A stretch of DNA of 41,818 nucleotides from Candidatus Omnitrophota bacterium (GTDB lineage: Bacteria > Omnitrophota > Gorgyraeia > Velamenicoccales > Velamenicoccaceae). Of this stretch, positions 10,441 through 19,822 are shown piece by piece. Below the pieces are notes generated by a model, which was given only the letters and a program-made list of their open reading frames with translations, did not search any database and was not told the origin of the DNA. Every line of letters starts with the position of its first letter. Position 1 is the first letter of the stretch. The stretch lies in NCBI GenBank assembly GCA_028717105.1, contig JAQUOM010000001.1, forward strand, positions 1-41,818, given 5' to 3'. Position numbers and translations under genes: made by a program.

Positions 10441-11745
10441 TTAGCCGCCGTGATGCAACCGGCCGGCCAGTTCCCGGCCTTCGCGCAGGACGTCCTCCAT
10501 GGACGCATAGCGCCAGGCACCGTAGCGGCCCGCGCCGATGATGCCGTGTCTCGCCAAAAACGAAAGGACCGTCTGACGCGCCGACGCGTAGGCGCGGTCA
10601 TAAACCGGATAGCCGTAGACGATATCCTGGGTATCCATAAAAGAGACGGCTTTGCCCGCCGGCAAAAGGCCGGCCGCCGCTAAATCCCGCAATATCTTCT
10701 TCCTGAGCTGTCCCGGATGCGGCGGCCTGCCCGGCCGATAGGCGACTTCGAGAGAAACGGCATGGCGCGGCCGCCGGGCCTTTGAGACGGAGCGGCCGAG
10801 GGGAAAACCGGCCCGGAAAAAAGAAACATCCCTTTCGGGAAAATAAATCCAATGACAAAAACGGGGCGGCCTGCCTTCAATCCCCAGGTTCAGGTTCAGG
10901 ATGGAATTCCATTTCAGGCGGCGCAGAGCGGCCTCAACGGCCCGCGGGAGCTCCGTCATCAACGACAAGAGCTCCGGCAGGGGAATCGTCAAAACCAGCG
11001 TATCGTACGCTTCCCTGGCGCCAGACGCCAGCCGGACTTCTCTTTTCTTGAAATCGACGGCCCGGATGGCGCAGTGCGTAAAGACGCGCCGAAGCGGAGC
11101 GGCCAGGACCCGGGGCAATTCTTCGACGCCTCCGGCCTGCGGATACCAGAAAATATGATTATATCCCCACGCCTTCTTCTCCGGCCGGCCGGCGCCGGAA
11201 ATAATCTCCCGCAAGGGGGCGGCCGGGATCACGTCTTTCGCCCAGGCCGACGTCAATGTCCGTAAAGGGACTGCCCAGAATTTGGCATTGTAAGGTATCA
11301 AAAAATGCCTCGCAATGCCACGGCCGAATGTCTCTCTGGCCCAGGCGACAAAACCCTCGGCGTCGCCCGGCCTTTTCTTCTTTAAGGCGTCTCGCACGCC
11401 GGCCAGGCACTCCTCGACAACATCGTCCGGCATCTGCCGGAAATGCACCTGAAAAGGATAGGGGCTGTAACGGCCGAATGCGTAAAACAGCGCTTCCCTC
11501 TTGTAGCGCGTCAGGCGCCGTCCCAGGAGATGTTTAACGAGGGCGCCCGTCGAAGGGTCTTTGAAATGGAAGACGTGGCCGCCTGCATCGAAGACAAACC
11601 CGCCGACCCGGCGCGAACGGCACAGGCCGCCGACCCTCGCCTCCTTTTCGAACACAACAGGGTCCTGCCCCCGGCGATGGAGATGCCACGCCAGGCTCAA
11701 GCCTGTCAAACCGGCCCCTGCGATGACGATTTTTTTATAAGCCAT
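10441..11745 (-). CDS. FAD-dependent oxidoreductase (UDP-galactopyranose mutase-like / HemY-like family)
   Basis: IAGAGLTGL dinucleotide-binding motif, GGLCRS, FDAGGH, PYNAKFW, YGYPVY, GRYGAWRY. Polysaccharide-locus context. ATG at 11745. Confidence 0.8.
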   Translation of the reverse strand: MAYKKIVIAGAGLTGLSLAWHLHRRGQDPVVFEKEARVGGLCRSRRVGGFVFDAGGHVFHFKDPSTGALVKHLLGRRLTRYKREALFYAFGRYSPYPFQVHFRQMPDDVVEECLAGVRDALKKKRPGDAEGFVAWARETFGRGIARHFLIPYNAKFWAVPLRTLTSAWAKDVIPAAPLREIISGAGRPEKKAWGYNHIFWYPQAGGVEELPRVLAAPLRRVFTHCAIRAVDFKKREVRLASGAREAYDTLVLTIPLPELLSLMTELPRAVEAALRRLKWNSILNLNLGIEGRPPRFCHWIYFPERDVSFFRAGFPLGRSVSKARRPRHAVSLEVAYRPGRPPHPGQLRKKILRDLAAAGLLPAGKAVSFMDTQDIVYGYPVYDRAYASARQTVLSFLARHGIIGAGRYGAWRYASMEDVLREGRELAGRLHHGG

Positions 11746-11746
11746 A

Positions 11747-12730
11747 TCACGAAAAATGGGCAGCCTTCTTGCCGACGGCCAAGCTTGCCGACACAGCGCA
11801 GGCGACGGCCGAAAATCCAACGAGGCCCGACCCGGCGTGCCGGAACAAAAAGGCGCACGCCCCCCATAAAAAACACAAGCCCAGACAGACAAGAAGCACG
11901 CGCTGTTTGGAAAAACCGAGGCCGAGCAGCCTCAGACCCAAATGATCGGGGCTTTTATGAAAAGGATGAATGCCGCGGCGCAGGCGCATGCCCACCAGAT
12001 ATACCGTATCAAAAACGAAGAAACCGACGACGAGCAGAGGCGATGCCAAGCCCGTCCCCGTGCCCTCCGGCGCATAGGCGACCAGGAGGGCCAGGGCCCC
12101 CAGAAGGAACCCGATATAATGGCTGCCGGAATTGCCCATGTACATCCTGGCCGGCGGCCAGTTGAAGAGCAAAAAACCGGCCAGGGAAGCGGCCAGCATC
12201 GCGCACAAGAGAGCGGCGGCCGGCTGCGCCGGGCGCAGAGACAATGCGGCGAACCCAAGACACGCGAGCCCGGCCGAGACCCCCGCCAACCCATCCATGA
12301 CATCCAGAAGGTTCAAGGCATTGATCATCCACAGCATCCAGATGCCGGCCGCCAGAAAATCCAACGTGCCTTTCAACATAATGATGCCGGTCCGGGCCGC
12401 CAGAAAACACCACGCCGCGACGAAAACGATCTCAAAAACCAGTTTCTTTAACGCAGAAAAATTTTTCAGATCGTCGACAAACCCGAACAGGGCGATCCCG
12501 GCGGCCGGGATAAAAAGCCCCTTCCAAAACACGGCCGGCTGGGCCGCAGGAACGCGAAGGACGAAGGCCGCCGACAAAAATGCAACGGTAAGAACAACAC
12601 CGCCGGCGCACGGAACGCCGTTCACCGCCAGAAACCCGTATTTCAAGAAAACCCGGCGCAACACGAACGCCAGGACGACAGCAAAACAAAACGCCATCCC
12701 TGAAGACACTAAAAAATCGCCTATCTTCAT
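11747..12730 (-). CDS. WecA/TagO-like polyprenyl-phosphate HexNAc-1-phosphate transferase (MraY family)
   Basis: Highly hydrophobic. GFVDD, NALNLLDVMDGLA, FNWPPARMYMGNSG and HL near the C-terminus. Confidence 0.85.
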   Translation of the reverse strand: MKIGDFLVSSGMAFCFAVVLAFVLRRVFLKYGFLAVNGVPCAGGVVLTVAFLSAAFVLRVPAAQPAVFWKGLFIPAAGIALFGFVDDLKNFSALKKLVFEIVFVAAWCFLAARTGIIMLKGTLDFLAAGIWMLWMINALNLLDVMDGLAGVSAGLACLGFAALSLRPAQPAAALLCAMLAASLAGFLLFNWPPARMYMGNSGSHYIGFLLGALALLVAYAPEGTGTGLASPLLVVGFFVFDTVYLVGMRLRRGIHPFHKSPDHLGLRLLGLGFSKQRVLLVCLGLCFLWGACAFLFRHAGSGLVGFSAVACAVSASLAVGKKAAHFS

Positions 12731-12742
12731 CCGTGGACGCTC

Positions 12743-13879
12743 CTAAACAAGACCCTCGTATAAACGGCCGACGGCCTCTGTCGTACGGTGCAGCAGAAAA
12801 TTTTCACCCAGCGACCCGGCGGCCGCAGAACCTAACCGCTCCCGGCTCTCGCCGTCTCTCAAAAGAGACAACAATACGTCTCTCATCTTGTCGATATCTC
12901 CCACCGGGACAAGATGACCGTTCCGCCCTTCCACCACGACGTCCCGGACACCTCCCGTATCCGTCACCACGACGGGTTTCCTGGAAACCATCGCCTCAAG
13001 GACCGAAACAGGGAGCCCTTCCCAGTGCGACGTCAGCACAAAGACATCGAGCGCCTTCAAAAAACGGACGATATCCCTGCGCCAACCAAGCAAAAAGACA
13101 TCCTCGGCCAAACCCAACCGTTCCCTCATCCGCAGAACCTCGCTTTTAAGCCCTCCGTCTCCGACGAGAAGAAACTTCACGCCCGGGGCCAGCGGTTTGA
13201 CCGCATGCGCCAACATCAGGAAATCCTGCGGCGCCTTCTGCTTTTTGAGGCATGCGATACTGCCGACCAAAAGAACGTCTTCGTCGAACCCCAGCTCTTT
13301 TTTCAAAGAATTATCCCCGCATTCCCTTCTGAACCTCCCCGGGTCGATCCCGCAGGGAATCAGGGCATATTGCTCAGGCTTGCCGATGCCGCGTTCGATC
13401 CCCCGGCCCAGGTCACAGGACGAAACAACGATGATCTTATCGGTGATCTTCGCCGTCCATCGCTCGAGGCGTTCAAAAAAATCTCGCACCCAACCGGGCT
13501 GGCCGTCGCAAAAACTCCAGCCGTGGACCGTGTGCACGACGGCGCTCGTTACGGCCGCCCTGGCCGCCCATCGCCCGAGGATTCCGGCCTTGGAACTATG
13601 CGTGTGCACGATATCGATGGCGTGTTTTCGGATAAAAAAAACCATCTCGCAAAAAACCATGACATCACGCCAAAGGCACAAAGGACGGTCCAGGAACTTC
13701 GAAAAGACGACCCGCAGGCCCGGGATCGAAGACGCCTCTGAACACAACATCCCGTCTGCGGACGTGAACAAGAAGATATTGTAGCGTTCCTGGCCCAGCC
13801 CCCGGATCAGGTCCAAAAGATGCTTCTGGGCCCCTCCCAGCTCAAGCTTCGTAACAATATAGAGCAGATTCTTTTTCAT
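12743..13879 (-). CDS. Glycosyltransferase family 4
   Basis: LGGAQ, HTHSSKAG, HTVHG, EGLPVSVLEAM (EX7E). Confidence 0.93.
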   Translation of the reverse strand: MKKNLLYIVTKLELGGAQKHLLDLIRGLGQERYNIFLFTSADGMLCSEASSIPGLRVVFSKFLDRPLCLWRDVMVFCEMVFFIRKHAIDIVHTHSSKAGILGRWAARAAVTSAVVHTVHGWSFCDGQPGWVRDFFERLERWTAKITDKIIVVSSCDLGRGIERGIGKPEQYALIPCGIDPGRFRRECGDNSLKKELGFDEDVLLVGSIACLKKQKAPQDFLMLAHAVKPLAPGVKFLLVGDGGLKSEVLRMRERLGLAEDVFLLGWRRDIVRFLKALDVFVLTSHWEGLPVSVLEAMVSRKPVVVTDTGGVRDVVVEGRNGHLVPVGDIDKMRDVLLSLLRDGESRERLGSAAAGSLGENFLLHRTTEAVGRLYEGLV

Positions 13880-14097
13880 GAACAGCGGGCTATCCTACAA
13901 AGGATCCGAACACTAAAACAGGCACGCTCTGTCAATCCGCATGGGGCCATCGGCATGGCAAGAATTCGACCCTTACAGAGCACAAGACCGTTGCTTTTGG
14001 AAAGGAAAACAATTGCAGGTGAAGAAAGTTAACGTCCTCATATAAAAAGGATTATGACAATGCGCTCCGTATCTTCCTTCTGTGTTTTTCGATTTTG

Positions 14098-14126
14098 ATT
14101 ATACAACCTGCCCCCGTTCTTTTCAA
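14098..14126 (-). promoter_or_regulatory. Sigma70-type promoter for the polysaccharide operon
   Basis: Minus strand TTGAAA-17 nt-TATAAT in the AT-richer divergent intergenic region. Confidence 0.6.
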
Positions 14127-14255
14127 GGCTTTCCTGTTCCTCTTTCGGCCTGCCGAAAATCTTGTCATTTCGACGAGAAAAAGCAACGGCGGAACGGGCG
14201 CGGCACATCTCTTACGGCACGTTTTTTAACGGCCGGTCCGGCCCTCAATATTTGC

Positions 14256-14284
14256 TTGCTTAAACGTTCGGCTGGCTGTATGCT
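14256..14284 (+). promoter_or_regulatory. Possible sigma70-type promoter for the plus-strand gene at 14341
   Basis: TTGCTT-17 nt-TATGCT ending about 56 nt upstream of the ATG. Confidence 0.4.
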
Positions 14285-14340
14285 TTTTCTAAGAATCATG
14301 GGCCGGCCGGTATCGTGCCGGTCTTTAGCTGGGGATCAAG

Positions 14341-14991
14341 ATGAAAACATTCCTTTGCCTCTGTCTGGGTCTATTGGTCGCGGCTGACTGCATGGCTGAA
14401 ACCGTCGTTAAACTCAAAAACGGCAAGGTCGTGCGCGGAGACCTGATCGAAGACACCGAAAGCTACGTCAAGATCAATATCGACGGGGTTGACCTGACCT
14501 ATTGGAAAGATGAGATCGAGGGCTTCGATGCCGGCGCTCAAATGCCGGCAGCTTCAGGGGCCGCAGGCCAGGACGCGGCAGCCGGAGATATCCAGAAAGC
14601 CCTCGTTAGTTTCCTGGGCGCCCTCCAATCCAATGATACGAAGACGGCGCTGGGCCTCATTTCCAAAAGTTTCCTCTTTGAAGGCAAAAACAACAATATC
14701 CTCAATTACGACGGCTTCAAGGAACAGCTGGAGAACATGGCCCAGAGACGCACCCAGACGAAAGCGAAGATTAAAATCGGCAACATCGTCGTGCAATCTC
14801 TGGTCATGGAGTCCGATGACAAAGCCCGGGTCGCGATCCAGTATGAACAAGAGACCATGCAGCCCCGTTTTTCCCAGCGCATCATCCAGGAGAAAAAGCA
14901 CGAAGCGGTCCTGTCAAGAGAGGAAGGATCGTGGAAAATATCCCAATGGCCGCCGCTTGCAAAAAAAGGAAGGAAAAAAACCGCTCCATAA
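14341..14991 (+). CDS. Exported hypothetical protein (signal peptide, small beta domain, NTF2-like C-terminal domain)
   Basis: Signal peptide MKTFLCLCLGLLVAADCMA; motif VKLKNGKVVRGDLIE; C-terminal ...LSREEGSWKI is typical of NTF2-like folds. The only credible plus-strand gene. Confidence 0.75.
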   Translation: MKTFLCLCLGLLVAADCMAETVVKLKNGKVVRGDLIEDTESYVKINIDGVDLTYWKDEIEGFDAGAQMPAASGAAGQDAAAGDIQKALVSFLGALQSNDTKTALGLISKSFLFEGKNNNILNYDGFKEQLENMAQRRTQTKAKIKIGNIVVQSLVMESDDKARVAIQYEQETMQPRFSQRIIQEKKHEAVLSREEGSWKISQWPPLAKKGRKKTAP

Positions 14992-15019
14992 GCCTCTCAC
15001 CCTGACGCCCCCGCCGACC

Positions 15020-16414
15020 CTACCAATATCCTGCCTTCCTTAGCTTTCGTTTCAGCTCGTCGGAAAGTGCGATCTCGCAAATCAGGCCGTCCTGGTCCCT
15101 GGCCCCCTGGCGCCAGATCAAAAACTGTTGTAATAGGCCGGCACGCACGCCGGCCTCGCGCGCAACACGATCCCTCGTTTCTCCCGGATCCCTTCTGAGA
15201 TCATATAATGCACTCGCCCCGGGGGAACGCACCAGTTTCCAGCCGTCATCCCGCACGATAGCCCATTTTTCAAAAGAAGCCTCCGAGCAGACAAAAGCGC
15301 GGCGCAAAACGTTCTGCGGATATCTGATCAGGGAGACAAGGCTTTGGCCTTGCAGGCCGTCGTCGACAACCAGGCCCGCCAGGTCCAAGAGGGTCGGCGC
15401 AACATCCGCCTGGGCCGCAAGAGACGCGATCCTTCGGCCGTCCGACGGAATCCCGGGCCCCCGTAAGACGAGCGGAATATGAATGACCTCCTGATAAAGA
15501 TTCTGGTTCCCAAACCTGTCGAAGGTGCCGCGCTCTCCCAGCTCTTCGCCGTGGTCGCCAAGGACAACGATAATCGTCGTCTCATAAAGACCGAGCCTCT
15601 TGAGTTCCCCGATCAAAACCCCCAGCGATGCGTCAAAAGACCTGAGCGCGCCGTCGTAACGGGCGCGGATATGGTCAAGGTCCCCGCGATCCAAAAATAC
15701 CTGCCGGCCGCCGTAAGACAACGCGAGCCCCTTGATCTTTTTGAGTGTCTCATAGCCCAGCTCGGCATCACGGAAAACCCCCTCATAGGAAGGGTCAAAA
15801 AAATCTCCGAGAGAAACACGATAGGGTGGATGCATATCATAGGTATGTAAAAAAAGAAAAAACCTTCCCCGCCGGCGGGCTGCCATCCATCGGACCGCCT
15901 CCGGCAAGATATCGGCAAAAGAACCCGCGGGGCGGTCTTCGTATTCGAAGATGCGATACACATCGAACCCCCTGTCGAGCCCATAAACGCCGAGCGTGTC
16001 TAATCCACACGCAAAAGCCGCTGTCGCATACCCTTGAGCCTTAAAGAATTCGGCCATCGTTTTTTCATCGGGTTTCAATTTCAGGCGGCGCGAATCCACC
16101 TGGTGGGCGCAGACGTATTGCGAGGTAAAAACAGTAACGAGATTGGGAAGAGTCCAGTGCGAGGCGGCGACGGCCCGCTCAAAAACCACCCCTTCCCGGG
16201 CCAGCCGGTCCAGATGGGGCGACGTCTCGCGGCCGTAACCATAACACCCAAGGTGGTCCGCGCGCAAGGCGTTAACCATAACGACCAGGACGTTGGGCCC
16301 TTCGGACGTATCGCCCGAGGCCGCCGGGGCTTGGGCCGCGGCGAGGAAAAAAGCGCAGCAGGCCGACAAAAAAATAATCGGCGCAATGCTAATAAACCGA
16401 CCCGAGCTCGTCAA
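15020..16414 (-). CDS. Sulfatase-like (alkaline phosphatase superfamily) exported protein
   Basis: NALRADHLGCYGY, SHWTLPN, DMHPPY, GDHGEE, WKL..LYDLRRDPGE. Start approximate (TTG 16414). Confidence 0.85.
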   Translation of the reverse strand: MTSSGRFISIAPIIFLSACCAFFLAAAQAPAASGDTSEGPNVLVVMVNALRADHLGCYGYGRETSPHLDRLAREGVVFERAVAASHWTLPNLVTVFTSQYVCAHQVDSRRLKLKPDEKTMAEFFKAQGYATAAFACGLDTLGVYGLDRGFDVYRIFEYEDRPAGSFADILPEAVRWMAARRRGRFFLFLHTYDMHPPYRVSLGDFFDPSYEGVFRDAELGYETLKKIKGLALSYGGRQVFLDRGDLDHIRARYDGALRSFDASLGVLIGELKRLGLYETTIIVVLGDHGEELGERGTFDRFGNQNLYQEVIHIPLVLRGPGIPSDGRRIASLAAQADVAPTLLDLAGLVVDDGLQGQSLVSLIRYPQNVLRRAFVCSEASFEKWAIVRDDGWKLVRSPGASALYDLRRDPGETRDRVAREAGVRAGLLQQFLIWRQGARDQDGLICEIALSDELKRKLRKAGYW

Positions 16415-17861
16415 GCATCGCCGCTTCCACCCGCGCAGGGCCGCGTCCCGCGAGATTCCGTTTTTCTTTTGGATCTTCTCTGAGATCATAAAGCTCGAAG
16501 CCGCTTTCCCGCGGCAAAGAAATAATGGCATAGTTATGCATCTGTACTGTCGCCGGCCAGGGCCGGGACCGGTCCGGGTCCATCTTGAAAAAATTCCCTA
16601 TGAGCTTCCAGGCGGTTGTCCTGACCATGACAACCCTGTTTTCAATCCCTTCTTTTTCGCTCTCGCCCAAGAGGCATTCGGCATACGCAAACGGCCGCGC
16701 ACCCTCCTTTTCCCGGCCCTCGATCAGGGGGACCAGGCTCCTGCCGTCCCTGGGGACTTCATCCCTGACGCCGAGAAAATCCAGAACAGTCGGGAAAACG
16801 TCGATCATCTGGACCTGGCTCTTGATACGCACGCCTCGACGTTCCAGCCCCGGGTGCACGATGATCAAGGGCACGCGTACTTCTTCGTCGTGAAGGCTGA
16901 AGCCATGAAGAAACATGGGGCCGCGATCACCCAATATCTCTCCGTGATCGGACAAAAGAACAATGATCGTCTTGCCGAGCAGGCCCCGCTCTTCCAGCGC
17001 GCGCACAAAGGTGCCGACATACCCATCCGCATATTTGATCCCGCCGTCGTAATGCGCGACGATGTGCCGCATCTCCCGGCGGGTCCGGGTAAAATTATTC
17101 TTATGAAAAGAGGGGTTCGCCGACGAAAGATATTCGTCGTCCAGGCGGCCGCGATAGGAAGGATCGAAAAAGTTCTCTTCGGGCGATTCATAGGGCTCAT
17201 GGATATCGTTAGCGTGAAGAAAAACAAAAAACTTCCGGTCGGCGTGCTTCCCGATCCAGTCAAGGGCTTGCGGCAGGGTCTTCTCAAATGACGGCTCCCG
17301 GTCAGAGGGTAACGCGTCTCCGGCATCCCCGTAACAATAATCTTCAAAACCCTGGCCGAGGCCGAATCGGGGATCAAGCTGGAGGGCATTGTAGATGAAT
17401 GCCGCCGTGGCGTAACCGTTCTGCTTCAATATCTCCGCCAATGTCAACTCTTCCTGCGACAAGCAGCGCTCGATACGGTCAACCTTGTGTTTATGGACAT
17501 ATTTCGAAACAAACAACGATGCGTGGCTGGGCAGGGTAAAACTGGACGGCGCGATCGCCCATTCGAAGAGGATGCCGCGGCGCGCCAGGGCGTCGATATG
17601 AGGGCTCGTGTCCCTGGAATAACCGTAACAACCCAGATGGTCGGCGCGCAGGGTATCTAAAAGAATGAAAACCAGGTTATACGGCCCGCCCTTGCCGGCG
17701 TCTTTGCGTACGGGCGCCTCCCGGGCAAAACAACAACGAGCGGCGGCGCTTAAAAAAAACACCCCGATCAAAACGGCTGCCTGCCGCTTCGGGAAGCGCG
17801 GCCGGAACCGCTGCCCGCCGCCGGCGCCGCCCCTAGAAACCCTTGTCTTTTCTGTGATCAC
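16389..17861 (-). CDS. Sulfatase-like (alkaline phosphatase superfamily) exported protein
   Basis: DTLRADHLGCYGY, SSFTLPSH, DIHEPY, SDHGE, LYDLREDPKE. Start approximate (GTG 17861). Confidence 0.85.
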   Translation of the reverse strand: MITEKTRVSRGGAGGGQRFRPRFPKRQAAVLIGVFFLSAAARCCFAREAPVRKDAGKGGPYNLVFILLDTLRADHLGCYGYSRDTSPHIDALARRGILFEWAIAPSSFTLPSHASLFVSKYVHKHKVDRIERCLSQEELTLAEILKQNGYATAAFIYNALQLDPRFGLGQGFEDYCYGDAGDALPSDREPSFEKTLPQALDWIGKHADRKFFVFLHANDIHEPYESPEENFFDPSYRGRLDDEYLSSANPSFHKNNFTRTRREMRHIVAHYDGGIKYADGYVGTFVRALEERGLLGKTIIVLLSDHGEILGDRGPMFLHGFSLHDEEVRVPLIIVHPGLERRGVRIKSQVQMIDVFPTVLDFLGVRDEVPRDGRSLVPLIEGREKEGARPFAYAECLLGESEKEGIENRVVMVRTTAWKLIGNFFKMDPDRSRPWPATVQMHNYAIISLPRESGFELYDLREDPKEKRNLAGRGPARVEAAMLDELGSVY

Positions 17862-17902
17862 GAACCGCCCCGTTCCTGCCGCATCCCTTGACAAGACCTG
17901 CT

Positions 17903-19822
17903 TCACCAATATCCTTCTTGCCGAAGCCTCTCTTTGGCCTCCTCGGACAAGATGACGGTATTGTCCGGGTCTTCGCGGACCACTTCCCGGCGCCACACCT
18001 GCAAGGCCTGGGTCAGCTGGTAAACGACCTCCGGATGCTGCAAGGCCACGTCGTCTTCCTGGAACAGGTCCTCGCGGTAGCGGTAGAGCCGGCACCCCTG
18101 GCTTTCAGAAAACATTTTCCATCCGGGAGTCAACACCACCCATTCCCGCGGGGCCAGCCTTGAGAAAAAGCGATCTTCGGCGGCCGGCGCCCTCTTTCCT
18201 TCTGCCGGCGGCGCGGCAACCCCTGCGGCGGCCAGGAGCCCTTCGTCCCGCAGTCCCTGATGGACAGCTTCAGCCCAAACCTCGTTCCCTTTTTCGCTCA
18301 GCCGCAAATAGAGATCGGGATGAAAAAGAGCGTCCTGATCGGAGGCCTTGTTGAACGCCTCGTAGACGTTGATCATGGGGATCTGAAGCTGACGGCAGGC
18401 ATCCTCAATGATGAGGACCTGATCAAAAAAAGTAGCCATGTTTTCAACAAGAAAAACGAACTTGTATTTTTTAGAAACCTCTGCGATCCGCTCCAGATTG
18501 TATTTCATCTGCGCGCCGAAAATGAGATAACCGTCGGGAAGCATCACGTCCTGGGCTGCCCCCTTGGCCTTGAGAGATTTTTTGATGCGTTCGATGAAAT
18601 TCCAGGGCTTGGCCTTTTCCCGGTAGAAGATCTCCGCCCGCCGGGGAATAGGCGCACCCGCCGTCCTGGCGCAGAGAAGCGTTTTATCTTTCTGCGCGGC
18701 CAGGACCGCCTCGTAAAAATCAAGACGGATCAAATGGTCCAGCCACTCCGGCGTCAGGGAAAAACAAGCCTGGATGACGGCGGCAGCCTGCTCGTAATCT
18801 CCGGCGAGCGCATGCTTGTCGGAAAGGGCCAGCGGCCGCTGAAGAGCAAACGCCCCGTCGTCTTGGGTCCGCACCAGCTTCTCGATAGTATTCCGGACCC
18901 CTGAAATAAATCCCGGGTCTGCCGCCATCATGCGCTTCTGGGTCTCCAGGGCCTGAGGGTATCGCCCCAGGGAGATCTCATACCAGAAAAGGTCGGCGTA
19001 ATATTCTCCCCTGCCGGGATCTCTTTTGACCGCCTCTTCCATATACTGCGCGGCAGGCCCGTAGAGCCCCTGATCGGCGAGGACGCGGGCAAACTCGACG
19101 AGATCGCCGACCGCCGGCGCGCCTTCGCTGAACTTTCTGTTGAAATGACGTATCCGTGTCGCATAAATACCGTCCATTTCGTCGGCCAAAGAACGCACGG
19201 CAAAGATTTCCTGGGGCAGGGTTTCCATGGGCTTTCCCCTGACGGCATCGGCGAAGATCTCCGCGATCTGATAGACTTTCGAGGCATGGATGACCCTCTC
19301 AAAATGCAGCTTCAACCGGCCCCACGGCGACAGATATTCCCTGGCGGACAATAAAAGGTTCTTATCGTGCTTCTCAACCCTTTCGTTCACGTTAAAAATG
19401 ATGATATCGGGACGATACCGGCGGACGATGGTGTCAAGATGATAGACGAAATGGGAAAGATTCTTGCCTCGCATGCCTCCGTTAAAAACCACGAAAGAAT
19501 TCCCGGGATAGGCACGCTCGAGGATCCGGCGCAGGAGACTCGGATAGGCGTCTTGCGGATCGACACCGACGCCGGTCGTATAACAGTTGCCCAAACAGAG
19601 GATGCGGACCGCGCCGGGCCTCTCGGCCGACACGGCGGGATTTTTCTTGCGGGCTTCCCCGAAGGCCTGCAGGCCAAAAGCCGCCAGGCGCAGACCGGCC
19701 TCCAGGAGGATCCAGGAGAAAACAATCCCTAAAAGGACATAGGCCGCCTTGGCCGCGCCGTAACGCGCCGCGTGCGCCCAGCCCGCGCGGTCCGAAGGTA
19801 AAAAAGAAAAAAGCTTTTTCAT
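17903..19822 (-). CDS. Membrane-anchored SGNH-like protein with TPR insertion and a sulfatase-like C-terminal tail
   Basis: N-terminal TM ending LEAGLRL; block I-like ILCLGNCYTTG; VFNGG; RYRPDIIIF; TPR-like helices; block V-like LFHPDLYLRLSEKGN. Confidence 0.7.
   Translation of the reverse strand: MKKLFSFLPSDRAGWAHAARYGAAKAAYVLLGIVFSWILLEAGLRLAAFGLQAFGEARKKNPAVSAERPGAVRILCLGNCYTTGVGVDPQDAYPSLLRRILERAYPGNSFVVFNGGMRGKNLSHFVYHLDTIVRRYRPDIIIFNVNERVEKHDKNLLLSAREYLSPWGRLKLHFERVIHASKVYQIAEIFADAVRGKPMETLPQEIFAVRSLADEMDGIYATRIRHFNRKFSEGAPAVGDLVEFARVLADQGLYGPAAQYMEEAVKRDPGRGEYYADLFWYEISLGRYPQALETQKRMMAADPGFISGVRNTIEKLVRTQDDGAFALQRPLALSDKHALAGDYEQAAAVIQACFSLTPEWLDHLIRLDFYEAVLAAQKDKTLLCARTAGAPIPRRAEIFYREKAKPWNFIERIKKSLKAKGAAQDVMLPDGYLIFGAQMKYNLERIAEVSKKYKFVFLVENMATFFDQVLIIEDACRQLQIPMINVYEAFNKASDQDALFHPDLYLRLSEKGNEVWAEAVHQGLRDEGLLAAAGVAAPPAEGKRAPAAEDRFFSRLAPREWVVLTPGWKMFSESQGCRLYRYREDLFQEDDVALQHPEVVYQLTQALQVWRREVVREDPDNTVILSEEAKERLRQEGYW

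Noticed and set aside
12125-12145. WecA-like MGN instead of the usual MGD motif, as a sign of pseudogenisation
   Set aside because: The ORF is intact and the DD and DxxDG motifs are retained. One substitution is not enough evidence.
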